Assembly: GCA_026770705.1 (NCBI GenBank)
Contig: JANJGN010000011.1
Coordinates: 98,518,001 to 98,582,000 of the forward strand
DNA: 64,000 bases
Source of the DNA: Isurus oxyrinchus
Taxonomy: Eukaryota
Direction: 5' to 3'
Below, piece after piece: positions 26,073-37,498 of this stretch. The position numbers and the translations under genes were made by a program. Numbering within the stretch: position 1 is the first letter of the stretch; the number at the start of each line of letters is the position of its first letter. The notes beneath the pieces were generated by a model. The model was not told the origin of the DNA. It ran no database searches and saw nothing but the letters and a program-made list of their open reading frames with translations.

Positions 26073-26111
26073 AGTTCTGATGAAAAGTCATACGGACTCG
26101 AAACATTAACT
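26073..26111 (+). ncRNA. Minimal hammerhead ribozyme motif with canonical core, in a PLE 3' fragment (about 25990-26165)
   Basis: AGTT-CTGATGA-A-AAGTC-ATACG-GACTC-GAAA-CATT-AACT; two substitutions from the apparent family consensus. Confidence 0.6.
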
Positions 26112-26961
26112 GTGTTCCTCTCCGCAGATGCTGTCAGACCTGCTGAGTTTTTCCAGGAATATTTTCAAGCCTTGTGCCTTTTTTGAATTACCCAGGAGCT
26201 TGGGGAGCCTATAAACTCCCCTTTGCTTTCTCTAGGGAAATGCCTTAGCCAATAAGAGTCGACTTGCCAGCCAATAAGAGTCGACTTGCCAACAATCAGC
26301 ACTCTTTTCTCCTGTAGTATAAATTGCTGTGAGCGTTTGAAATTTGGCATTTTTGTGTTTGTCCTGATGAGTGGAAGATAAAAAACCTCAGCAACATGTC
26401 TATTTTTTCAGCAATATGCAAGCTCTGTACTATCAAGTGACAGAGAGATAATGGGTACTTGCCTGCTGAATGATGTAGAACCCCCACAATCATAAATTTA
26501 AGCTCATCTCCTGTCAGAGAAAGTTTGCTTGTCAACCTCTCTATCGATTAACTAGTTTTCCTTCATTTGCTCAAATCTCATTGTCCCTTTTCCTCCAGCA
26601 TCTTATCCAAAACTTCATCCGTCTACTAGGCCCCACTCTCCTGTTCTATTTGCCTTTTTTCCTGACAGAGTCCAAATATCACCCTAAGTGATATGACTCC
26701 CCATGTTCAATGCCTTGGAAGATTGATGCTAATGTAAATCACCCATGGTAAACTGGATTATAAACTGTATTGTAATGGCAGGAGCACAATAATACAAAAT
26801 ATATGATTTACTACTCTGTCAGTAAGGTATTTGAAGTGATCTGTCTATTCAAGGCAGGTTCTATAAGTCTGCACAGCTAGAAGTAACGCAGAATTTGACT
26901 GGCAGGGAATTTTCCAGATTAGAACATGCTCGTTAGGTTCAGGTTACAGCTCAAAAACATT

Positions 26962-27607
26962 GGGCAGGGTTTTTCATATGGCGGGCGTGCTTGGTGGGAG
27001 CGGGCATGGAGCTGATCATTGCCTGCGATCAGCTCCGCACTGCCATTTTACACAGGTGGGCCAATTAAGGCCCACCCAGCATAACACACGGCCGGTAGCG
27101 CTCGTGCAGGCGGGGCAAGGGAGGAGAGTCGAGGCCAGCGATCTTTCGTGCATGCGCACAAATGAGCGCTTCAATCTCCCTGAGGCACGGAGCTGCCTCA
27201 GCGAGATTGAATCGATAATAAAATTATTAAATAAAAGGTGTGAAAATGTATTTAGACATGTCCTCACATGAGTTGGGACATGTTTTCAAATTTATGAATT
27301 TTTATTTATTTATTTAATAAATGCTTCAGGAAACCTCATCCCACTGGGGGATGAGGTTTCCTAAAAAACAAACGCCGGTTGGCCCTTTCGCCTGCCCACC
27401 AGCCTTAGGGTTGGACGGGCAGCGTTTAGAATAACTTTAATTAGATCCTTAATGGCCTTAATAGGCCGTTTACATATCGGTGGGCACACAGCCGACTCTG
27501 GCATGTGCCTGCCGAGCGAAGCATCGCTACTGTGTGTGATGACGTTGGGACGCACACTTGACATCATCGAGCATCAGCACCCGCACGCTGATCTGAAAAT
27601 TCTGCCC
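26962..27607 (+). mobile_element. Harbinger-type triple-hairpin element (family A)
   Basis: TIRs GGGCAGGGTTTTTC / GAAAATTCTGCCC, perfect TSD ATT, internal hairpins. Strand is an arbitrary reference for the family. Confidence 0.85.
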
Positions 27608-27739
27608 ATTAAGTTTATCCAGTCCCCGTGCAAGCCTTAGCTCAGCAGCACCACTCTCTCCAGGTCAGAAGGTCATGAGTTCAAGCCCATTTCAAGGATA
27701 TAGTGGAAAATAAACCAATAAACAAACAGCCTTACTAAC

Positions 27740-27816
27740 CTTATCGGTACTGTGACAGTTATTGGAAGTCTAAATAAAGGACCTGCGTTAGGAGCAGTGG
27801 TGTCATATCCACAAAC
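27740..27816 (-). CDS. TPP2: TPP2 exon (~15), 77 nt
   Basis: TGCAG|GTT...AAG|GTTAGT. Encodes VCGYDTTAPNAGPLFRLPITVTVPI(R); phase 2 matches the next exon. Confidence 0.95.
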
Positions 27817-28564
27817 CTGCAATAAATGAATAAATGTTAATAAATGAATAAATAATAAAATAGCCAAATCATGCCTGATACAATGCCACGGAGTATTACA
27901 ATACTGTTTGCGGCCAAAAAGTTAAAACATAATTAAACATAATTATAACATTAAAACTAAATAGAACGGAGTAAGCATTTCACACTAGTAGCACATTACG
28001 ACCACAGAAACAAATGTTTTCAGTGCATTGGGGAACATAATTTCTGGTTCGCTGTTATTCTGCATAATAATCATTTTTAACCACATTCTGAATTATTATA
28101 TAACTGCACAGCACAGAATTTGTTCTAGTTTTCTGGGTTTCACATCAAACAAAACCAGATGTCTCATGTAGGATTAAGTTCTTCACGATACATAAAAGTT
28201 ACACTTTCAAAAAAGCTCAATAAAATTATAACTACCTTCCAGCAAATCTTTAACATCAATTTCATTGCAGGAAAATAATGATGCAAGTTTTGACTTTGGC
28301 AAGGGTGTTAATGTCAGGTGTGTAAAACCGTGTTACACGCCCCATCTGATTTTCCTCTCCATTGAGTTCAATGTTAGGGTATATAATGGGCAGCCAATCT
28401 GATGCTGCCTGTTTTATATCCAAAAGAGGCAGCTTCTCTTCCCCTTTGCAATGCATAAATGCAACTCAAATACTGTTACTTTTTGAGAAAATCAAGCATA
28501 TTTTGGAAAAACAGAAAACACTGTGCATATTTACTAAATAAAGACATTATCTAGTACAAGATAC

Positions 28565-28722
28565 CTCAGTAAAATGCACTCCTTCACGAAGGCCACGTGG
28601 ATCCACTCGTATGGTTATATGTCTACACTGATTCATCAGCTCCAAGTGACTGGGACACTGAATCCATGATGCATTGCATGTTAAAGCCAAGTGAAGTTGC
28701 AGAGATATGCGTTCAGAGTTTT
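28565..28722 (-). CDS. TPP2: TPP2 exon (~14), 158 nt
   Basis: GGCAG|AA...GAG|GTATC. Encodes [52 protein letters not shown]; visible in ORF 28547..28729. Confidence 0.97.
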
Positions 28723-28808
28723 CTGCCAAAAATGAAAATTTGAAAAAGGAACATCATTAAGTCATGTGCTAGGCTGTGAAATCTAACCACATTGTTGGTA
28801 AGAGGTAT

Positions 28809-31081
28809 TGTTAGGATCCCAGCTGAGGTTACCCCTGGATAAGCCTGATCCCAGGGTGGAACCCAGCTTGATAGATCCTAACTTTTATTTATTTAGCTAC
28901 GAGGAGAGTAGCTACTGAATGGAGTCACAGGAGTCAGCTGATGAACTTTTAACAAAAGAATAAAACATTTATTCAACAAGAAAAGATGAACTATATTACA
29001 ATACTCCTTCACCTGCAACTATACATTTTACAGATTTGTAAGGGTAACACAAGTTACAAAGCTATCTTATACTCTAATGTCATAGTAAGTACATAGTCCA
29101 TGTAAACCAATAGATACCCTGTAGTCAGACACACCACACTTTGAAGACAAAGGCTGAATCTTCCAGTTGGCGTGCGGAGGTGGGCCTGACACACCGAAGC
29201 GTTAAATGACGCGCAATGTCAGGCATGCGTCCCGACATCATCACGCGCCATCGTGGTATTTCGCTAATGGCCTATTAAGGCTGTTAAGAACGTAATTAAA
29301 ATATTTAGGAATGCTGCCCGTGCAACCTTAAGGTTGGCAGGCAGGCGAAAACCCCAAGCAACCTTCACGTTTTAAAGGAAACCTCATCCACGGGTGGGAT
29401 GAGGTTTCCTGAAGCTTTTATAAAACAATTAAATAAATTTCCCCACAAACATGTCCCAACTCATGTGACATAGTCTCCTGAGGGGACACGTTTGAATAAA
29501 TTTTTAAATAATTTATTGAAGTTTTTTATTGTCTATTTGATCTCCCTGAGGCAGCTCCATGCTTCAGGGAGGTTGCTGCGCTCTTTCCTGCGCATACGCA
29601 AAAGAGCGCTGACACTGACACTCCCTCCTTCCGCTGCCCGCACAGATAGGGCTGAGCGCTACCAGCTGCGCATTATGCTGGGTGGGCCTTAATTGGCCCG
29701 CCCGTGTAAAATAGCTGCGCGCAGCCGATCCCGGGCGGCAATCCGCTCCGTGCCCACCTCCGCCCGCTCCCAGCCAGCTCACCCGCCATAGGAAAATTCC
29801 AGGCCTAAGTGACAGATGCCACCTCAACCAGGTGTTATGGACCTCTCCTCAACTCCCTGCAAATGCTCGTCACACCATGAGCCAACCGGTCTCACTGCAC
29901 TCCGTCTTTCACATCAGGGTTTTCAATCCCCACTCTCCAAGACTTCGCCTTGGAATCTTTTCCCAAACAGATGCTTTCTTTCAGATATCTTCTGCAAGGG
30001 TTCACGTCCAGGGTTTCAAACTCTCCTTCTAATGTTTCTTTTCCCTGGGTCACCACATGCATTCAAGCTGTCTTCCATGTGCTCACTCTCACCAACTCAG
30101 CTCAGCAGTAACTGTATACCACTGTGTCACAAGCCCAAAGCAAAGGATTGCAGACCTTCTACGTGGCATATTCAAGCACCTGACAGCAGAACTCAAAACA
30201 CATCAGCCCCCAGATATCTTTTTTTTAAATTATATTTCACCCCGAACATTTCATCCCATTTTGCCAGTGCAACGAGTGCGAAGTCGCACGGGCAACGAAA
30301 ATCACAGATAATAGGATTTTTAATGGCCTTAATTGGCCTTTTAATTGTTGTCAGGTGCGGCGCTGACTCCTGCACACACCCGCCAACCACATACATTCAA
30401 GCTGTCTTCCATGTGCTCACTCTCACCAACTCAGCTCAGCGTTTACTGTATACCACTGTGTCACATGCCCAAAGCAAAGGATTGCAGACCTTCTGCCGTC
30501 TCTTTGGACCTTGATGCCTCTTGCAAGCTGTTCTTCCTTTAAATATCCTTTCTGCAGCTTTTGTCTCTTTAAATCTGAAGCTTAGGGCTTTTCTCTCTGC
30601 CCCTCACTCTTAACTTCACTTAACAGAACCTTTTCCAGGTTCCTGTTCTTCCTTTGACTAGAAGGTCTGCTTGGGATTTTCCCCTGTTCCACTCCTCTGG
30701 ATGTTGGGGTCTTTCTTTAGCTTGGCTCTGGCTATCTGCCCCCTTCTAGATTGCTTCGTTGGCAGCTATCTTCAAAACCAGCTGAACTCCAAAGTTTCCA
30801 AAACAAACTGCTGTTTTGTGTGCGTCAGTGAGAGGGAAGCCTCTCTGGGCCCCTGTTGCCAGGCAACAGTCCAATTCTTCTACTCTTCTTTGTTTATCTT
30901 AGCTTAAGTCGTAAAACCAAATAGAAATGCAGGCACATTTTTAAAGTGAAACTAAAACTCAACTTGACCTTTAACATACAGATACAGAAATACAAACCAA
31001 ACTTAAGCTTTAAAGCTAAAACTCATTCCTAGCACCTACAAATACCAATATAACTTACGTATCTATCTCTATTTCCTAACA
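28809..31081. mobile_element. Solo LTR with a 4-bp TSD, hosting a MITE and a templated insertion
   Basis: Termini TGTTAGGA...TCCTAACA; TSD GTAT at 28805-28808 and 31082-31085. Confidence 0.85.
29151..29805 (-). mobile_element. Family A triple-hairpin element, inverted relative to the 26962 copy
   Basis: Termini AGGCTGAATCTTCC...GGAAAATTCCAGGCC, TSD CAA/TAA, same three hairpins in reverse order. Confidence 0.85.
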
Positions 31082-32321
31082 GTATATACAACTATACACC
31101 TTTGATGAGCAGTATGACTGTTCAACAGCCCATGTATTTTCATTAAAATTGCGAAATGTCTGGAGTGTGATAGGTCCAATATGAATGTACATGCGTGCAT
31201 ACACACGCTAGTGAATCTCCCGTGGTACTGCTCAAGGTAAATCAAATGATAATCTACTTTACAAAGACTCTTGTTCTACCAGATAATGTATTGTTCTGCC
31301 GTTGAGGTGAAGCTGTGTCTCAAGGGTACAAAATGTAACTGTTAAGTAAACAAGAGATGAGGCTAAAGTTTAACTGTTCGTCAGGTTGCATATTTATTTC
31401 TCCCTTTTTAAAAAGAAAATGTGATTAATTACATTATTCAAGCATTCGGGCTTGTGTCAATTGACTATCTTTGTTTCCATATATATTTTGTGCAAGTCAG
31501 CCTGATGCAGACATTGACACGACACCTGCAGTGTGATGGTAAAGAAATCATGCTAAAATTACTTTTTATAATATTTTAGAAAATTTTCAACGCAATTGTT
31601 TAAAGAGAATGCATTATTTTGTAAAGACACAAAAATTATACATGGTATTAATCCGCCATCAGTTATTAACTTTTCATCTGAGTTAGAAGCTGTGTTGACT
31701 ATCACTGCACTAATGAAGAAGTGCTGCATTATTAGAGGCGCTGTCTTTTTAGAGACGTTTAACCCGGGGGAACTATCTATTCCATTATTCTTGAAACCAT
31801 TACTTTACATTGTGGTTTGCATCATCATGCTTCACTGTATTACTTGTTCTCTCCCAATCTTTCCCCCAAAGTACACTACCTTTTGCATCATTTTCTTTAA
31901 AGCTTTATTGTTCTAAGTACTTTAACCTCCTGGCTAAGTGTTAAATCTATTACTACCTCAACTAGATTTTAACATCTGAAGTTAATAACAGTCTTTCAAT
32001 AACCCAGGAAACTGGTTTCCTCATTTTGAATTCTGCTCACTTACTATGCAATTACACTGTCTACAAACTCTCGAGAAAGCCTTAAATTCTTTTCAAATAC
32101 AGATTGATCTTTCTTTTCAGTGGTCTCCATGAATTGAGAGCTCCATGAAGACTCAGATAACTTCCCTTCTAAGTAAGATCCACTCTTACATCCATGAATA
32201 AATTGTCCATAAAGGATACCTCTTTTGTTACTTTAACCCCAATACACATTCGTGGGCAGGCTACTTGATATTCAGAATTCTCTAAATGGAATAATAAATT
32301 ATATTCATCTTTTTAATCCAT

Positions 32322-32979
32322 GGCCAGAATTTTGTGTTGATCAGGCAGGCATGCGCTCAACTCAAACACAAGTGAAATTGCGCAAAATGACATCGGGCAT
32401 GCATCCCAACATCATCGCGCATGCGAGCAATTTTGAGGTTGGCGGGTGTGTGCAGGAGTCAGCGCCGCACCCGACAACAATTAAAAGGCCAATTAAGGCC
32501 ATTAAAAATCCTATTGTCTGCGATTTTCGTTGCCCGTGCGATTTCACGCTCGTTGCACTGGCAAAATGGGATGAAATGTTCGGGGTGAAATATAATTAAA
32601 AAAAAGATATCTGGGGGCTGGTGTTTTTTGAGTTCTGCTGTCAGGTGCTTGAATATGCCACGTAGACACAGTTTGGTGCGTTTTTTCCTGTCATTTAATC
32701 TGTCTAGGTCTGCCGCTCCCTGATGCAGCTCTGCAACAGCTGTCTGCCTTCAGGGGAGCTCGCTAGAAGCGCCCACCCACACCCTCACTTTTGTCAGTGT
32801 CTGACCTCTTCCTAGCCCCCTCGGCAGCGCTGAGGCTTTCTCAGCACGTGTTTCATGCTGGCTGGCCGTTAATTGGCCAGCCAGAGTGAAATTGCATTCA
32901 GGGGCCGATGGTGGGCGTAAGTGCATTTTGCTTCCAGGCCTGCCGACTTGGTGCACACACCAAGCGTGAAATTCAGGCC
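32322..32979 (-). mobile_element. Harbinger-type element related to family A
   Basis: Termini GGCCAGAATTTT...AAATTCAGGCC, TSD CAT/CGT, shared subterminal motifs and a degenerate CTCCCTGA hairpin. Confidence 0.75.
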
Positions 32980-34749
32980 CGTGTAGGATTTGATTCGATG
33001 ATTATAATATTTTTCCCTTTTTTTAGTGTCAATATTTTTGAAGTTCCATTATTTTTCATGATTTGTGTATTGATCCCCCACCTTTCCTGGACCATAATTT
33101 TGCCTCTAGCTGTTTCATGTCACTTTCTCATCTACAACTTCCCTTTTCTTTTTATATATTTGTCTTTGCCATTCCAGTTTCTGCTATTCCTGTAGTCGTT
33201 CTATTCCTATTATTTTCAATATATCTCCATTGCAATCTGAAGATTCAGCACGATTCTGCTAAAGAGAAACTTACCTGAACTAAAACCCACCATAGTGTTT
33301 AACTAAAGCTAGTGCTTTCTCTATGCATTTGCAATTTAAAATATCCTCCTGGTCTCTATAATTCACGTTAATCAATAAATACTTCGTAATTATGAATCTA
33401 TACAGATATCTCACATTCTTGGCGACACGGCTATATTTCTGTGGGAACGTTTCAGATTGTCTATCGTCAACACAATTAGTACAAATTGAACAAGAGCTGA
33501 AGCACTAGATTTTATTAAATTAAAAAAAAGATGTTTCCTAAATTCCTAATATTGTTTATCTAGTTAAAAAAAGTCTTTTAAGCCTCAACTTTATCTTGCC
33601 TACAAGCTACTTCACAGTCATCAATCTTGTAACATTAATTCCCACCTTAATTTAACTTTGCATTTACATAGCACATGGCCTTGGGACATCCTAAAGTCCA
33701 TGTAATTATTTCAAATCTATTGTTATGGTAGCAAACTTATTGATGTATATATCTGAAGTAGCTCCTTAGCCAATGTCTTGCCTATTCTAAAGGCAAATCT
33801 CCCGTTCAAATCTCTAGCAACTAAATGCTAGTACTAATTCTTTGTAGATTTCTCCAATCTTTCTGGTTTACACAAAAAGTATCCAATAACTCTGTAGTAA
33901 AGACGTTACTGGTTGTTGCCACTAAACAAAGACTTTCACAGAACATAACTAAATTTCAATGGAAACCATGAGAATAAATAGCTACTCTAAGTATCTGGAA
34001 AGGATCTATTATGGCATTCATTAATTTCAGAATATAGCATTATAATGCAGCAACATGTGAAATGTCTGGACTTCAGAAATGGAAATGTATGGTCAAAGGA
34101 AACAAAACTATTACCCATGTTCAAGTTGAAGTTCTACTTTCAGGTATATCTTTGTAATGATACAGTAATACAGTACATTGAAGTACCAACCAATAGTGCC
34201 AATGAGTGGTGTAACACTGCTTACAAATACTAGGATGCTGAGCTCTCCATCTCTGGATTACTACATTTATATCACTGTACCCATTATATCAAGACGCACA
34301 AACCAGCTAAGTAGAAATAGATGAAGTAATTCTAAAGAATGGATGAACAATGATAGAATGCATAAAATGAGGAATATGAGGAAAATCAAATCGATCCCAA
34401 TTATAAGGAGGTAAAAGACAGAGAAAAAAGAATTAACTGCAAATGTGAACAAAAAATGTAGTCTATGTACTGCCATGCTCTGAGTTTAAGAAACAAATTG
34501 GCTATTATAAGTGATAATATCACAGGAAAATACAAATTTGATAGCAACAAGAAGAAATGTGGCTGCAAAAATTGACAGATATTGAAGATTGGGTTGAAAT
34601 AATACTTGTAGGTGAAACAGTAAGTCTGATAACATGAGTAAAGGATGTAATGTATGCTGTAACAATGGCTGACATACACAAAAAACAGTTTCAGGCATAA
34701 GTTAACATGGTTTTGGATCAAAGATGAAAACAGAGTGTTACATTATCCT

Positions 34750-35470
34750 CGGCTCAGTTCTAGCACTCCCACCTCTGAGTTAAAAGATCTAAGGTTCAAA
34801 CCCCACTCCAGGGACTTCAACACAAAATGTAGGTCAGTGCTTCCCAAATCTTTTCCTGGTGTCACCCCGTTTTAATGCCTCAGACTTGGTGTGTCTTCGC
34901 TGAGGGCAGGGGTGAGACAATGGTGGCGGATTCAGCTGCTGAGCAGGGGTTTTTCCGGGGGCTGGTGGGGAGTACAGCCTGATGGGAATTGTTTAAACTG
35001 CAGGGTTGTTTTTTTTAAAAAAAACAAGCACCAAATTTTCACAAGTTTTTTTTGCAGCAGCAATCAAGCCTCAAAGATTCCATTTAGGTCACAACCACCA
35101 ATAGAAAAACGTGAGGATTTAAAGAGGTCTTGCAGTTGTTAGCATTCAGTCTGAGCTCCATGGCAGCCGTTAGTGCCTTGGAGCTCATGACCCCAAAATC
35201 TCGTCTCGCGACCCCACGGTTTGCAAAGCCCCAATCTAGGCTGAAACTTTGGTAGAGAACCGAGGGAGTGCTACACTCTTAAAGGTGTCATCATTTGGAT
35301 AAACCAAACTGGTTCTCTCAGATGGCACTATTCAAAGAACAGTAGAGGAAATCTGTGTCCTGTGTAATATTTGTCCTTCAGCCAACATCTCCAAAATAGA
35401 TTATCTGATTATTTGTCACATTGCTCAGTATGGGACCTTGCTTGCTGCCATATTTCCCTACAAGAACAGT
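34750..35470 (+). mobile_element. tRNA-derived SINE (Deu-domain type) interrupted by a hAT MITE
   Basis: B-box-like GGTTCAAACCCC followed by the GAGGGAGTGCTACACT core after the insertion. Related SINE pieces lie at about 7230-7400, 8860-9000 and 41780-42050. Confidence 0.6.
34835..35233. mobile_element. hAT (Charlie-like) non-autonomous element
   Basis: Termini CAGTGCTTCCCAAA...TTTGCAAAGCCCCA; 8-bp TSD ATGTAGGT/ATCTAGGC with two mismatches. Confidence 0.65.
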
Positions 35471-35934
35471 AACTTCATTAGATAATTATGGAAGTGGAAG
35501 ATGAAATTTGTACAGATTAAGATGATGACATAACAATACCATTGGTCCAGGAGATTTTAATTACCCACTAAACAATAGAGACAGGAAAGAATAAACAGAA
35601 AAAAAAATCGAATTCTGAAAACATGTGCATGACTACTTTCACATACAATAATTCTGTATGCTTATAAGGAGAAAAATTGAATGATGTAGACGAAGATGAA
35701 GAATTAAATATGGGTGAACACCTTGAAAGTAGTGAATTGGAATGGTGAAGAATTTAGAAATGTGTGAGGTGAGTTAGATGAGGCAAGCTGGAAAGGAATT
35801 TGTACATTGGTACATTGGGCTATAGAACAACAACTGGAATTTTTTTAATTCAAGAAGCTGATTGGTGATTGTAAAGTTGCATAATAAATATCTACTTAAA
35901 AATGGATTCAAAATTTAAAATTTCAAAATGCATG

Positions 35935-36420
35935 ATCAGAGGTTAGAAACAAATGAAAGAGGCATGTTGTTGAAGCTTTTCGTCTTGTCCTCATCAGGAT
36001 AGCTGCAAGAATGTCAACTTTTAATAGGAGCAACAATTTATACTGCATGTGAAAAGGGTGATGATTGGTTGGCAAGTCGGCTCTGATTGGTTGAGACATT
36101 GCCATGGAGAATACAACAGGAAGCCATTGTCCCCCAGGCTTTTGTTTACTTCAATAAAAGAGGCAATACCTGGACAAATTCCTTTTGCCTGCAGAAAACA
36201 GGTCCCTGAGTATGAATATACATTGCTTCTAGAGGTGTAAGTGAGCTACATTGCAAGCACAACTGATAATCTTCAACTGGTTGTTACTGTAATTCTGAGC
36301 ACACTCAGGATTGTTCAGCAAGTACTGCCCAAACATGGGATCACATCTAATGTTAGATATTATATTCTGACTTTTGCAAGCATGGGCTGGCTTGGTATGG
36401 TAAATACTCTTCCTATTGTA
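35935..36420 (-). mobile_element. Second PLE family: endonuclease C-terminus plus terminal region
   Basis: GQYLLNNPECAQNY..QLKIISCACNVAHL in ORF 36229..36501. The same family occurs at about 48415-48620(+) and 26165-26415(+). Confidence 0.7.
35966..36001 (-). ncRNA. Minimal hammerhead motif of the second PLE family
   Basis: Minus strand reads TATC-CTGATGA-GGACAAGAC-GAAA-AGCTTC-AACAAC. Core is intact and stem III is the palindrome AGCT; stems I and II are decayed. Confidence 0.55.
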
Positions 36421-36485
36421 TGAGAACGTATAACTAGAAAGAAATAGTTCAAATAGGAGTGAATTTTTTGTGTAAAGGAAATATC

Positions 36486-37477
36486 GGCCTGAAACTTTCA
36501 CGGTCTCCAGCGCCAGATTTGTGGGGTACTCCTTCTGGCAAGTTCCCAGGTAAGGATTTGCACGGCAATTGCCCAGAAATGCTAACTTTCGCTGAACAAT
36601 TGCGTTGTGCTGGGAACCATCAGAAAATACGATTTAAATTGCAAACTTCGATGGTTCCGCCAGGAATGTACCAATAGTTACCCAGAAAAAGTTAGAAGAT
36701 TTAAAACCTCTTCTAACTTCTGGGTAACTATTGAAAAGACCCAGGCAGACCTTACGGGACTGCCCCGCACCCCTGACACTCCCATCCATGGGAGACCCCA
36801 CATCTCCATCCCTCCACAGTCCTAGATCCCCACTCTGACCTCGGACACCACCCCACCCAGATCTTGGAAGCCCCCGACCTCAGACTCCCCGTTCCTGACT
36901 TCGGGACCCCTGATCATGGAACCTCCGATCCCCCTCTCCCACCTCAGGATCTCCAACTGCCTCCCCCAACCTAGGAACCCTTGATCGTCCCCCAAGGACC
37001 TCGGAACCCCTGACCTTAGAACCTCCGACCCTCCCTCCCCGACCTCAGAGCTCTGATTCCCCCCCCCACCCACCCCCGACATCTGACCCTCCCTTGACCT
37101 CGGACCACTCTCTCACCCGACCTTGGATCATCCCATCCTCGGACTCCAGACCCCCACAACACTCCCCCCAACGTTGGGCCCCTGGACCACCACAACTCAT
37201 AAATCCTATTCACTTACCTTCCCCTAGCCTGTCAATTTCCCAGGCCCTTTAAAATTACTTGCTTTATGGTAGTTAGTGCTTTAAAAAAGGGGGCATGGCT
37301 TCCTTGAATATGGTGGATCTAGACTTTGCTGGGGCCTGCGAGGAGTTTTTTGCTGGCCCTAAGCAGCTCTGGCGAACAGAAGTGACCACACAATTTTCAA
37401 GACCAGGTAAGTATGTGTTTATTTCTTCTAATTTCAACGGGCCAGCACTTTCTGACGCTAGTTGGAAGTTACGGCCC
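36486..37477. mobile_element. Harbinger-type element with a C-rich minisatellite core (related to family B)
   Basis: Termini GGCCTGAAACTTTC...GGAAGTTACGGCCC, perfect TSD ATC, degenerate CCCCGACCTCGGA-type repeats at about 36760-37190. Confidence 0.75.
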
Positions 37478-37498
37478 ATCGTTTTTTCCTAATATTAC

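Noticed and set aside
26248-26291. 22-bp tandem duplication GCCAATAAGAGTCGACTTGCCA as a TPP2 regulatory site
   Set aside because: A local duplication inside a PLE terminal fragment; nothing links it to host regulation.
29816-30514. 232-aa ORF with an internal peptide repeat
   Set aside because: It results from the 109-bp duplication and inserted MITE fragment inside a solo LTR; no protein signature.
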